From Octopus sinensis (Eukaryota): DNA of 64,000 nt. The position numbers and the translations under genes are program-made. The stretch lies in the NCBI RefSeq assembly GCF_006345805.1, contig NC_043005.1:33728001-33792000 (forward strand), given 5' to 3'. This document shows, one piece after another, positions 41,404 to 55,037 of this stretch. The notes under the pieces were generated by a model. That model saw only the letters and a list, made by a program, of their open reading frames with translations, made no database searches and was not told the origin of the DNA. Within the stretch, counting starts at the first letter, position 1; each line of letters opens with the position of its first letter.

Positions 41404-41579
41404 TGTTTGCAAATGTTTCTGACTCTGGTGTAACATGTTCAGTCCTTAATATCATTTTTAATATGTCCTTTATTTGGCGCCATTCATACAAGAATCTGTG
41501 AACAAGCTGATAACTATTCACTGGATTTCCTACTTGTCTGCCTTCTTGGGACAACTTGTGTTCAGTTTCCACAACAAAT
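41404..41579 (-). CDS. P4HA: P4HA-A exon 2
   Basis: CTGCAG acceptor; RFVVETEHKLSQEGRQVGNPVNSYQLVHRFLYEW (cf. VGHPVNAFKLMKRLNTEW); donor A|GTAAGT. Confidence 0.92.
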
Positions 41580-42541
41580 CTGCAGTGAATTATTATGTTA
41601 CATAATGGATGGAATCAGAAAAATCATGTTTTATTTATCTGTTTATAAACTTAATGTAACGAAATGCTGGGTTAGATACTGTTAGTTTCATTTGTCTACT
41701 TTCTGAGTTCAAATCACACTGAGATTGATTATCTCTTTCACCTCTTCAGCATTGTTAATATAAATATTTGTCCCCACTTAAACATGGATTATCTGTTAGA
41801 ACAAACTGTACTGTGGTAGATACCAAGAGAGAAACTCTCATATTGGCTTTTGGTGCAAAATGCACTCTTGTTTATATTGCTAGCAGGGAGATAAATTCAT
41901 ATCCTCTCCAGTGCTGAGACCATCAGATCACGTGATTTTGACCTTTCTTGGTCTTGTCAATAATGGATGCTTGACCACTGGAGATAGGAGTAACTCATTT
42001 CTAGCCAGCAATATATAGACAACAGTGCCAGAACAGGCACTGCTGTTGTGATTAACCAGTGAGCTTGTTAAAAATATATATATTAGTGACAAAGGCAATA
42101 TAAATACTGAGAGGTAATATTTATCCCCACTTGAATATGAATGATCTGTTAAAACAAACTTTACTGTGGTAGATAATACGAAAGACACTCTTATATTTTG
42201 CTTTTGGTGCAAAATACACACTTCTTTATATCACTAGTGAGGAGATAAATCCCTAAAGCATCAAAATGATAAATTATCATGTTCATGGATAACAGTGACT
42301 ATCAAATCAATGATTTTGATATTCATTCTTAATGCCTTCCTGAAGATTTGAAAGTAAATATGTTACTGACTGTTGGATTTTGTCTTCTGATAAATGTGTG
42401 TTGATAATACACTTAATACATTGAGGTAAAGGGACTCTGACACACCTGTACTAGCACTAGGCTTGTACTCATTTTCAGCTGAGAGAGACACACACACAAA
42501 CACAGACAGAGGAAGAGAGGATGGATAGCTAGATAGATAGA

Positions 42542-42576
<35 letters not shown>

Positions 42577-42631
42577 GATAGAAAGATAGATAGATAGATA
42601 GATATAGAGAGACACAGACAGACAGAGGATA

Positions 42632-43420
42632 TGTATCTTGTGGTACCAGTGCCTGTGGCACACAAGAAATCCATCAGTGCTGTAGTCAGTGCGGTGGGCA
42701 CATGACAAACACCATCCGATCGTGGCCGTTCGCCAGCCTCATCTCACTAGCACCTGTGTCGGTGGCACATAAAAACACCATCCGAAGACCCGGCAAGACT
42801 AGTCAGGCCATAACCCATGGCCCCTACCTGGGACGTAGTCAGTCCACCTGTGCATACCTTCCTTCTTGTGGACACTTGTGAAGACCTGTTGAGGCAAGTG
42901 AAAATCAAATCAAAACAAATCAAAATAGATGAACATCAATGGAATTTGTATCTTGTGGTACCAGTGCCGGTGGCACGTGGCACACAATAAACCATCCGAA
43001 CGTGCCATAGCCAGTACCGCATCGACTGGCCTCCGTGCTGGGGCACGTAACAAGCACCATCCGATCGTGGCCGTTTGCCAGCCTCATCTGGCACCTGTGT
43101 CGGTGGCACATAAAAACACCATCCGAGCGTGGCCGTCTGCCAGCCTCGTCTGGCACCTGTGTCGGTGGCACATAAAAAAACACCATCCGAGCGTGGCCGT
43201 TTGCCAGCCTCGTCTGGCACCTGTGTCAGTGGCACATAAAATCACCCACTACACTCTCGGAGTGGTTGGCGTTAGGAAGGGCATCCAGCTGTAGAAACAC
43301 TGCCAGATCTGACTGGACTGGTGCAGCTTTCGGGCTCCCCAGACCCCAGTTGAACCGTCCAACCCATGCTAGCATGGAAAGCGGACGTTAAATGATGATG
43401 ATGATGATGATGATGATATA
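42632..43420 (+). mobile_element. RTE 3' UTR with ~62-bp minisatellite units and (TGA)n tail, with a partial upstream duplicate
   Basis: gtatcttgtggtaccagtgcc occurs near 42632 and 42949; the tail matches 17390-17560. Confidence 0.85.
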
Positions 43421-43564
43421 TAGGAATAAAAATTTATATATAAAGAACATGAAATACACGAAGGGACGAACACGGAAAACAGACAAGTCATTCGAAGCCT
43501 TCAATCTTCAGTCAGAAACCGAATCATCATGGCAATTTTGATATATATATTATATATATATAAA

Positions 43565-43611
<47 letters not shown>

Positions 43612-43933
43612 TTATATATAGAGAGAGAGGGGGGATAAATAGATAGATAGTAGACAAATAGACAGGCTGACAAAATAGACTGATACACAGATAGACAGGT
43701 GGATAAAAAGGTAGTTAAACAGAAAGACAGAAAGAGAGGGATAGATGGACAGACAAGACTGACAGACAGATAAATAAATATGTGGACAGGTTAGGGGAGA
43801 GTAAGAGAGAGAGAGAAGAGAGAGAGAGAAGTAGGTTGGTAGATAAGGGAGGAGTGGAAAGAAAATGTGTGTTTGGATGTTTTATAAATATTTCCCGGTC
43901 AGTAAAATGAATTAAACAAATTTTTTTTCTTAC

Positions 43934-44145
43934 CTGATAATATCGTTCATATTTTGGCCACCAATATCTCGAGATTCAATACCATTTTGACTTTGAATGA
44001 ATTTCCCGAGAGAACTCAATAAAACCAATTCTAGATTGGCTAAAACTTTCAGTTTCACAACAGATGAGAAGACCTCAGCATTGGTATTCAAGGCTATTTG
44101 TGAGGACCACACCAGTAAAAAAGCAGTGACTGTCTGCTTGAACAT
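43934..44145 (-). CDS. P4HA: P4HA-A exon 1 (signal peptide, N domain start)
   Basis: MFKQTVTAFLLVWSSQIALNTNA-EVFSSVVKLKVLANLE resembles the P4HA N-terminus AEFFTSIGHMTDL; phase-2 donor AG|GTAAG at 43933. Confidence 0.85.
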
Positions 44146-45217
44146 GATGTGTGTGCATATATATATATGTGTGTGTGTGTGTTAGTGTGTTAATATATTC
44201 ATGTATGAGTATATTTATATATATAATGTGTATGTATCTGTGTATTTTTGTATAATGTGTGCTTGCCTGTTGCTGTATCTGTCTTCTGTATGTTTCTATT
44301 TATGTATGTATGTATGTTTCTATGTATGTATGTATGTATGTATGTATGTATGTATGTATGTATGTATGTATGTATGTGTGTGTGTGTGTATGAAAGATAT
44401 TTGTAACTGTATTGTTAATTTCAACTTTCCAGTCTTAGATATTGTAAATCCTTAAATCCTTAAAAATGTTTTAACCCGAAGGCCGCGGCCATGCTGGGTC
44501 ATGTAAAATATATCAGCACAAACACAACATGATCCAATATATATTGCTTGTACAGTATATCTGTACATTATTTATGTATATCAACACAAATACAAGAAGG
44601 ATCCGGTCAAAAGAATCAAAGCTACTGAAGTATTTTCAAATGAGTGTGCATGTATGGTGTATGTGTGTACATGTGTGTGTGTGTGTGTATGTGTGTGCTC
44701 AGTTACTTTTTCTTTCCCTCCTGAATCTAGAATCCAGTAAAGACAAGTCATGATTAACCAAGGGAGGAAGAGACAAATCTCTATTGATTTTTAGCAAGTA
44801 TGTTGTTTTTACATGCTTGCTTAATAAATCACATCTTTTTGGTGATTTGTGTTTGGACAAGTCAGAGAAAGCTATCTGTCAGACACATTTAGTGAATCTG
44901 AACATTAGTTTCCTTGGTCAGTTCTTTTCTGCTGAGATGCAGTGGAATGTTTGAAAGAATGCTGATAGCATCACTTTTAACCTGGCTTCTGTGTCACATT
45001 AATAGCAACATCCTATGCTTTTCCTTCCAATATATTCCATTGATTTTTGAAGTGAATCTCTGAAACATTTATGTGACTATATGTATGTTTGACCGTCCAT
45101 TTGTCCATCCAGCCATCAATTCATTTATCTATATATCTATCTGTCCATCTAATCAATCTAGCTTGAGATAAGTATCATTTAATAATTAAAGGGTTATCAA
45201 GTTTCATACTCAGATAA

Positions 45218-47391
45218 CACTGGTAGTCAGCTAACTACAGTTGGATGTTATACAGGGATGAACCTGAGACAAAACACCATAGAAATTCCAAATCCCAAAG
45301 ATTTTAAGTTGTTATGCATTTGAGTGTGTTCTAACTTATTTGTATACAATAATTTTAATTTTGTACAATAAAAAGCCATGAAATTATCGTATTTTGTATT
45401 CAATATACTTTATATAGACATGCTTTATGTATCCTATAAATGAAAACAGCAGGTATCCTTAACATGAAAATGTGACCTGATAGAGGAAATCGGACTTCAG
45501 ATTCATAATCAGCATCAAAAATTAACCCAGAAAAGTCAATCAGCAACTCTGATGATTAAAAAAGTTTCATTTTGTTAACCAGTGTTATCTGAGTATGAAA
45601 CTTGATAACCCTGCATTTCAAAATCCTTGATAATGTTGTTCCATTGATGCAATATCTTGATGAAAGTGTTCCCCTTGCTCATCAGACACTGCTCCAAGGT
45701 TCTCTGCAAAAAAGTCCAGATGTGAATCAAGGAAATGGACTTTTAGTGACATCCAACAGTCCATTGCAGCATAGGAGTCTAGAAGACATTTCACTCCATT
45801 TCTAAATTCTAGAGATCTCTTGTTGCCTGGGAAATTTTCACAGAGCCATTTAAAGGATTCCCAGGCTTTAAGCTCAATCTCATCCAGTGCTGTGAGGAAG
45901 TGGTTGTCCTTCAGGAGTTCTTTTATCTTCAAACCTATGAATACGCCCTCCTTCAGTTTTGCCTTGGGGATTTTTGAAAATTTGGCCTTCACATATTCAA
46001 AACCTTTTAAGCTTTTCCTGGCAAGTGTCTTCACGAATTGTTTCATGAGGCCAAGCTTTATGTGAAGAGAGGGAAGAAGAACATTTTCTGAATTTAAAAG
46101 TGGCTTACTCTGGATGCTAGAAACTCCTGGCTCATATGATTTTTGCAAAGGCCACTCTGATTGCACATAGTGTTTGTTAGTTGCACAACTGTCCTATAGG
46201 CATAAAAAGCAACAATATTTGGTGAACCCAGATTGCATTCCCATCAACATTCCAATCACCTTCAAGTCTCCACATATTTTCCAGCTGTAGTTTTTATACT
46301 TTATGGCATTGAGGAGTACTTGTATGTATTCATAACACTCCTTCATGTACACTGAATGCCTTATGGGAATGGATGGTTTCTTATTGCCGTTGTGTAGTAG
46401 TACTGCTTTGAGGCTTCTCTTAGATGAATCAATAAGTGCCATTCAGCAGGAACATGCTCTTGGAACAAACAGTGAAATAACTCATCAGTGTTATTACTGA
46501 AACAAAGTGGTCCATCAACAGAGAAGCATGAAGTCTGATCCCTATTTCTTTTCCTGAAATGAGTAATACAAACAGAGTAATACAAACAGAGTAATACAAA
46601 GCAGACACTTTTCTTGTAGCTTTATCCTTCGACAATGACAAGTCTCTAAATAAATCATTTAACTCTCCTTGAGAAAATTTCTGTGGTACGTCTTCCTTTT
46701 CAATCATGAAATCTGCACCCGCTTCGGTGTCTTTGATAGCAGTAATATTTTCTTCAGGAAATACTTCTTCGTCAGACGTCTGAAGGCCATTTTCTGGTGG
46801 TATTGGAATAGGAAGATCATCATCGTTGTGTGGTGCTGGTCTTCTTGTTGATTCCAAGTTGGGATACACAATCTTATGCTTGGTCTTTACAGTAAACCCA
46901 CATACATTAATGTTGCAGAAATAACAGTCCAAAAAATGATCCTTTGGCTCTCTCCATATCATAGGTATTGCAAGCAGCATTGCTCTCTTCCTCTTATTTA
47001 GCCAATCCCTTCGTCCATTTGAACAAACTAAGCAGATGATATGTGGGGCCCAACTCTTATCTTGTTCCCCGAGAGAACAGCCAAAGTATAACTGGCAGAT
47101 CTTCCTGATTTTACTTGTGATGGCACGTTGCTGAGCTTTGGTGGTAAATGAACAACAGACATGACAAAATATATCAGGACTGTTCTTGCAATGCTTTGAC
47201 ATAGTCAGAATTTACCTGTATAAGACGTTTGCGTGTAGCGATACTGCTGATGAGAGTTATATACCCCTCTTATCTCATCAGAAAAACTGTGCCTGATAGA
47301 AGGAAACCAATTACGTTTTTGAAATCGGCAGACAAAACTACATATAAAACACTATATAATATCCCTGATGAAAATTGGCTGTTGACCAGTG
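45218..47391 (-). mobile_element. Chapaev3-like (Transib/RAG1-related DDE) DNA transposon with an inverted 3' end
   Basis: N-terminal C.NSPD.FC.VC...WAPH.IC..C...WREP..H..DCYFC; IDSSKRSLKAVLLHNG, CGDLK, KYCCFLC, LPSLHIKLG, MSLKVHFL and SDEQGE motifs; CACTGG...CCAGTG termini with TTA 3-bp TSD. Family name recalled, not searched. Confidence 0.75.
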
Positions 47392-47557
47392 TAATTGGAT
47401 GGGCTTCTGTATAGCGTATTATGCATTATGCAGCAATCATTCACATGGTACGCTATACCAGACTGTTGGATTACTGCATTATTTGAGCATGAAACTTGAA
47501 ATAGATCACATATATTCTATTCATTAAACAATCTTTCTCTTTCTCTCTCTCTCTCTC

Positions 47558-47594
<37 letters not shown>

Positions 47595-48100
47595 GTGTTT
47601 GTGTGGGTGTATGTGCATATGGGTGTATCTGTTTTAAGTGTGTGCAAATCAATTAGATGCAGCCTAATGTCTTTGTAACATTCCAACAGAATCTCCATTA
47701 CTTCTCTTCCCTTTTCCTTCCAACTCTTCCTCCTTCTCCTCATCATTAGAATCCACTTCATCCTCTTCAATATCATTACATCCATTTTGGGTTTTGTTAC
47801 TATCATCCTAACAAATACCCCACCCCCACCTCATCAATACTTCTACTCTACTCTGATAGACTTTTCCATTGTCTGTTACAATTTCATCTCTTTTACTCTT
47901 TTACTAGCTTCAGTCATTTGACTGCAGCCATGCTGGAGCACCACCCTTAGATGAACAAGTTGACCCCAGGACTTATTCTATTGGTCTTTTTCAGTGAACC
48001 GCTGAGTTACAAGGATGTAAACACTCCAACATCAGTTGTTAAGTGATGGTGGGGGAGGCAAACACAGACCTAAAAACATATATATATATATATATATATA

Positions 48101-49998
48101 CAGTTGCGGCCAAAATGTTCAGAACAGCATTGTTTTCGTCAGAAAAGTAGATATAATTTTTTATCAAAGTTGTTTTATATTCTATAATTTTCACAGACAA
48201 TAAATACGATATTATTTGTTATTGCCTGAGATTTAGGTGTAATTTGAGAGGATGATACAAAAGTTATGGATGATTTAGTGATTTATTGCAAAACCCATGG
48301 TGGCCAAAATGATCAGAATGGTTGCTTTTACTCCGTGTTTTAGTATATTTAACCAGCGAACTCTAATGTTTTGAATTTGTTTACGTGACGGTTCGTTTAC
48401 TAAACATTAGTAAGAATATTTGCAGTGTACTTTGTTAATATAATGCCACTTACTCCGTTACCAATTCGTCAGCAGATTATTAAGCTTCGAAGGAAGGATA
48501 ATTTAAGTATTGAATCTATTGCAAAGATTGTTAACAAGTCAAAAAGTGTTGTACACGGTATTCTTAAGGTCTACGATGATTGTGGTTCGTGTGAAGGAAG
48601 AAAGTTTACAGGTAGGCCAAGAAAAACGACCAAGAGAGAAGATCGTGCTATGGTAAAGTTGGTTAAAAAGGACAGATTTAAAACTGCTGCTGCTGTTTCT
48701 CGGAAAATGAGCATTGTATTGAAGAAAACTTTATCTTGAAAAACTGTGTCTCGTCATTTAGTTGAACATGACCTACAAGCAAGAGCACCTGCAGTGAAGC
48801 CACTGATCAGCTCCAAGAATAAAAAGTGTCGTCTTACCTTTGCAACCGAACATGTGTTGTGGTCTCAAGAAAAATGGCAATTGGTGCATTTCAGTGATGA
48901 ATCTAAGTTTATGCTATTTGGCTCAGATGGGAAAAGGTACGTTCGTAGAAAAGTAGGTGTAAAATTGTTGCCTAAATGCCTTAAGACTAGTGTTAAATTC
49001 GGTGGAGGAAGTGTCATGGTTTGGGAAATGATATCTGGAGATGGTGTAGGCCCTTTGGTGCGATTACATGGAAAGTTAAATGCAGGAGTTTATAAACAAC
49101 TTGTAAAAGATCATGTCTTGCCTGTGCTGAGAAATTCAACTAAGCGACCACCCATATTCATGCAGGACAATACCCCATGTCACAAGGCTAAGGTGGTCAT
49201 GAACTTCCTCAAGGCTGAAAAGTAGGTGTAAAATTGTTGCCTAAATGCCTTAAGACTAGTGTTAAATTCGGTGGAGGAAGTGTCATGGTTTGGGAAATGA
49301 TATCTGGAGATGGTGTAGGCCCTTTGGTGCGATTACATGGAAAGTTAAACGCAGGAGTTTATAAACAACTTGTCAAAGATCATGTCTTGCCTGTGCTGAG
49401 AAATTCACCTAAGCGACCACCCATATTCATGCAGGACAATACCCCATGTCACAAGGCTAAGGTGGTCATGAACTTCCTCAAGGCTGAAAAGGTTATTGCT
49501 ATGGATTGGCCAGCTCAAAGCCAAGATCTCAATCCTATTGAAAATGTGTGGAATATTCTAGGAGAACGTTTGAAAGCCAGAAATCCTAAAACAACTGAGC
49601 AATTATGGAATGCCCTTCAGGAAGAATGGAATAAGATCACCCAGCAAGAAATTGAAAATTTAATTTCCTCATGCAGTCGAAGATGTCAGAGTGTGATTGA
49701 AGCTAAAGGGCTTCACACTAAATATTAAATAATTCCAGTATTCTCTGTCATTTTTGATTATTTTGTTATTTTTTCAACCGTTCTGATCATTTTGGCCGCC
49801 ATGGGTTTTGCAGTAAATCACTAAATCATCCATAACTTTTGTATTATCCTCTCAAATTACACCAAAGTCTCAGACAATAACAATTAATATTGTATTTATT
49901 GTCTGTGAAAATTATAGAATATAAAACAACTTTGATAAAAAATTATATCTACTTTTCTGACGAAAACAATGCCGTTCTGAACATTTTGGCCGCAACTG
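48101..49998 (+). mobile_element. Tc1-family (DD34E) element with 224-bp IR/DR-type TIRs, defective transposase
   Basis: TIRs at 48101-48324 and 49775-49998, TA-flanked; ggccaaaatg(t/a)tcagaa repeated at both ends of each TIR; FSDESKF, QDN-34-E spacing; internal stop at 48737 and a 269-bp duplication. Confidence 0.95.
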
Positions 49999-50013
49999 TA
50001 TATATATACATAA

Positions 50014-50046
<33 letters not shown>

Positions 50047-50068
50047 TGTATGTATGTATGTATGTATG

Positions 50069-50113
<45 letters not shown>

Positions 50114-50137
50114 TATATATATTTGTAAACCTTCCTG

Positions 50138-50180
<43 letters not shown>

Positions 50181-52141
50181 GATGGGCTTCTTTCAGTTTC
50201 CCTCTACTAAATCCACTCACAAGGCTTTGGTTAGCCCAAGGCTATAGTAGAAGACACTTGCCCAAGGTGCCATGCAGTGAGGCTGAACCTGGAACCATGT
50301 GGTTGGGAAGCAAGCTTCTTTATTTCATCAAATTTGCCGTAAAGATATTACATAGATAGAAACAAGTGCAGACTGGACATCAACACAAATAAATGAATGA
50401 TGAGCAAAATAAGGAGCAAAAAAAAAAAAATTGTTTTGAAAGTGGCTGGTTGCAGGTACCCGGTGATTCTTGAGGGATCCCCTCCCCCAAGTGTCACCTG
50501 TGCCTGGAAAAAAAAAATTGGTGAGAGAAGCAGATAACGCCTGCTGATCGATGCTTATCGAGAACATTGTTCTTTTTTTTTAAAACACAAATGAGGAGTT
50601 GAACCTCTTACAATAATTACAAATTGAGGCGCTGAGCCTCTTATCAATCAAAAAAGTTCAGAAAATATTCAACTTGAGGTGCTAAGCCTCTTACCAATGT
50701 CCAAGTTCCAATTGAGGCACTAAGACCTTTCACTCTGCCTCCCGATTAAGTCTCTTGCTGCATGCAGGTAATCCTTCAGTCGCAAGCCGGAGTCCCCAAA
50801 AAGATAATTATATTCTTCTTTAGTAAAGGAATCCATTATCTTATAGAAGTAATCCGGGCTATCAATGCAGGTCAGGACCGCCTGTTCTTGACCTTCAAAA
50901 TTCCTTACATAGTTCTCTACAGCCCCTCCCTTAAGAAAGAAAATCACAAATTGCTCATTTATTATACTGGGAAGGGCCACAGTTTCCTCCATCGGTGACA
51001 CAATTCCCACCGACGAGGTCCCGGGGACATGCTGGCAGTGTACTGCAAAACTGCTGGCACTGTCCCATTCTTTTTCTTTTTTTTTGTCCTTGGTATGGGA
51101 GGGGGTGGTTCCTTTGCCTTAACTGGAGGATCATTGCTCCCTCCCGCAGCTTTAGAGTCCTTCAGTGAGCAACCATTGTTGCCCACCTTCTTCCTGGCAG
51201 AAACATTAGCACGCCAGACAAAATGCTTAGCGATATTTTGTCTGCCGTTACATTCTGAGTTCAAATTCTGCCAAGGTGACTTTGCCTTTCATCCTTCCAG
51301 GGTCGATTAAATAAGTACACTGGGGTCGATATAATCGACTTAATCCATTTATCTGTCCTTGTTTGTCCTCTCTGTGTTTAGCCCTTTGTGGGTAGTATAG
51401 AAATAGGTATCTAGAATTGAAGAACTTCTGTCAATTTTAATAATGAAGAATTATTGATTGATTGAATTAATTTTATGAAGTAGTTAAGTATTCTACAGAC
51501 ACATGTACCCTTAATGTAATTCTCAGGCAGAATCAGTGACTCAGATTGTCCAAGATGGATTTTTAAATGACAGGTACAATCCATCCAGAGGCTTTTTCAC
51601 AGTTTCCAGGTCTATCTATTTTCATCCACAAGTATGATTTGACTCAAGACTATAATCCAAGATTCTTCATGGCAGACTCAGACCCACAGTCTTGTGATTG
51701 TGAAGTGAATTTAGATAATATAGTAGTTCCTGTGCCAGATATCTACTTCATAAAAATAATGGTCATAACTAGGATGATTCTGATCACAGATCTCCTTAAA
51801 CATGATTGATTTGGGGCTAAATAATACAAAACAAAAAAAACAATAACGACAAACCACATTTCTGTTTTATTGTAGTTTTCTAAAAAACGTCCATCAAATG
51901 ATATTTAAATTTTTATCCAAAGCTGTATCTTAATACATCTAGTTTAGTCCAAGTTACTCTGAATTACACTGAGTTTGCTGCTCCTGGTTTCATCACCTGA
52001 TCAATCATACTAAACATTATTTCAGTTAATTGTAGACTGGAACATTGAATCATGTTTGACTCAAATGATATTTCACATACTTTATTCATGGTATCATGCA
52101 TTTTACTCTAGCATTAATAATAATTATAAAATGATGATGGC

Positions 52142-52192
<51 letters not shown>

Positions 52193-52214
52193 TGTGTGTA
52201 TGTATGTATGTATG

Positions 52215-52267
<53 letters not shown>

Positions 52268-52321
52268 GTAGTATGTATGTATGTATGTATGTATGTATGT
52301 ATTTGTATATGTTTTATTGTT

Positions 52322-52401
52322 TTAGATATCTTCAGCATTTATTTTTAATCCACATGGTCGTTGGAACATCTGGTCTACTTCATGAATCCATTTATTGGCA
52401 A
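52322..52401 (-). CDS. P4HA: P4HA-B last exon
   Basis: TTTCTAG|(V)ANKWIHEVDQMFQRPCGLKINAEDI*. Confidence 0.96.
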
Positions 52402-52439
52402 CTAGAAATGAAAACAAAGACAGAAATATTGTCAAATGT

Positions 52440-52610
<171 letters not shown>

Positions 52611-54588
52611 TAATAATCATGATGAGGATAATAACTGGTTTCAAATTTTGGCACAGGACCAGTAAGTTTGGGTTGGGGAGTCAAATCAAGTACATCAACC
52701 CCAGTACTCAACTGGTACTTATTTTATTGACCTCGAAAGGATGAAAAGCAAAGTCAACCTTGGCAACATTTGAACTCAGAATGTAAAAGACAGATGAAAT
52801 GTTAAAAGCATTTTGCCCAGCATGCTAATGATTCTACCAGCTTGAATAATAACAACAGTTTTTGTGCAGTTAAAAAGATATCTGATGTGGCATCTGGTGA
52901 GATGTGTGGTACAAGAAAACAGAGGTAAAAGAAGTATTTGAAAGAAACATCTAGACGAGAATATTTTATGGCTGATTTCAATTTAATGAAAAATATTTAA
53001 TGAGATATTTAATGAAACTGCAACAGTAATAACATTAAGAACAGCAAATTAATCGTGTCTGTTTTATAATGCAATAAACTTCTGAAATAATAACGACAAC
53101 TCCAATGGTTTGAGATGCTGTTATTTTGAATATTGCATTGTCAAGGAAGTTTGTTTTAAATGCCTCTATTACACAAATAAAGGGAACAGTAAATAAGAAA
53201 TCGAGTTACTGTATAATCAATAACTCTACTAAATGTATAGGAAGAAGCATTTGCACATCCCTTCATCCAGAAAAATTAATTTTAATATAAAAAGAAAGTC
53301 ATTTTCAAAATGCCAAAAAGTAAATAGTCTGAAAGACCTTCAGTTAATTCAATATCATTGTTAACTGTTAACCAATTATTTGTCAGGATCACCAATTGTA
53401 ACCATAATGGAATAAATTATGTTTATGAACATAATTTATTGTTACATTAATATAGGAGGTGTTAACACAATACAAGTAAATAAACATTCAAATAAAACAA
53501 TGGATATGACAAAAGCAAGAAAGTCTTCATTGGGAATTCAATATTTAAGCTAATTAAGGCAGCAAGCTGGCAGAATCGTTAGCACGTCGGGCGAAATGCT
53601 TAGCGCTATTTCGTCTGCGTTACGTTGTGAGTTCAAATTCCGCCGAGGTCGACTTTGCCTTTCATCCTTTCAGTGTCTATTAAATAAGTACCAGTTACGG
53701 ACTGGGGTCGATGTAATCGACTTAATACCTATGTCTGTCCTTGTTTGTCCTCTCTGTGTTTAGCCCCTTGTGAGTAGTAAAGAAATAGGTATTTCATCTG
53801 TCTTTACGTTCTGAGTTCAAATTCCGCTGAGGTCGATTTTGCCGTTCATCCTTTCGGGGTCGATAAATTAAATACCAGTTGTGTACTGGCGTCAATGTAA
53901 TTGACTGGCCCCCCTACCCAAAAATTTTGGGCCTTGTGCTTACAGTAGAAAAGAATATTTAAGCTAATTTCCACACATTAATTCATATTCTTGATGCCAT
54001 GATGTGTCTACTTCAGTTGTTCCAGGTTGAACATGTAGCTATGAAGACATCTATATGTGGAGAGTGAACATCACCAGAATCCAAATCACTCTGGTGTTTT
54101 GATGATCAGTTGAGCTGTATTTGTTGGTTATGTTCATGGAAGGTTTTAGTCATACCACCAAACTATCCCATGAACAACAGCTGGGTTTGTGCACATGATC
54201 AAATTGTGATTTTTATGTGGTCAAATGTGGGATCTAGTCCAATTGTTACAAACGTAATCAAATACTATAAAACTGTGAAAAACTTAGAATCACAGAGATG
54301 AGCAGCAGACATAAACAAACTAACTTGTTTACTGTGTCACAATTTCAAAACTGCCACTAGCTTGGGTTTTCCTTATTCCTGGGACCATTATTGTATAGAG
54401 GTGTGCACAACACAGAGGGATTCAATGGTAGAGTGTCAGATTAAACATCTTGGTACTTCATTTCAAATGTTTACATTTTGTGTTCAAATTCTTGCACATT
54501 TTACTTTGCTTTACCTTCTTCCAGTCCATAATGACAGATACTTTGTCATTCTTGTAGTAATTTGCTGTAGTTGCAAGTGAATTCTTAC

Positions 54589-54685
54589 CCCATTTTGATC
54601 CTACCGCAACTGGACAACTAGCATGTAATGTCCTGGGATCTCGGCGCTGGTTTCTTTTCAAATTGTACCAAAAGACTGCTGAACC
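54589..54685 (-). CDS. P4HA: P4HA-B penultimate exon
   Basis: TTTCAG|GSAVFWYNLKRNQRRDPRTLHASCPVAVGSKW+G|GTAAGA. Confidence 0.96.
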
Positions 54686-54817
54686 CTGAAACAGAAACAC
54701 AATAATCACTTTAGGTGAGTTAGAGAACAAAACAAAAATAGTTCTGAATCCATGATGTTAATAGTACGGGATGGAAACTAATGTAATAACTATAAGAGGC
54801 TACAGTAATAGCAACTA

Positions 54818-55037
54818 TAGTGATGATGATGATCATGATCATGATGATGATGACGATGATGATGATGATGACGACGATGCCGATGATGATGACTATGATG
54901 ATGATGATGACGACGATGATGATGACTATGATGATGATGATGATGACGACGACGACGACAATGATAATGATGATGATGATGACTACGACGATGATGATGA
55001 TGATGATGATGACGACGACAACAATGATGATGATGAT
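54818..55037. repeat. (GAT/GAC)n trinucleotide tract
   Basis: Direct reading; similar tracts at 23690-23775, 23885-24360, 26540-26830 and 32230-32520. Confidence 0.95.
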
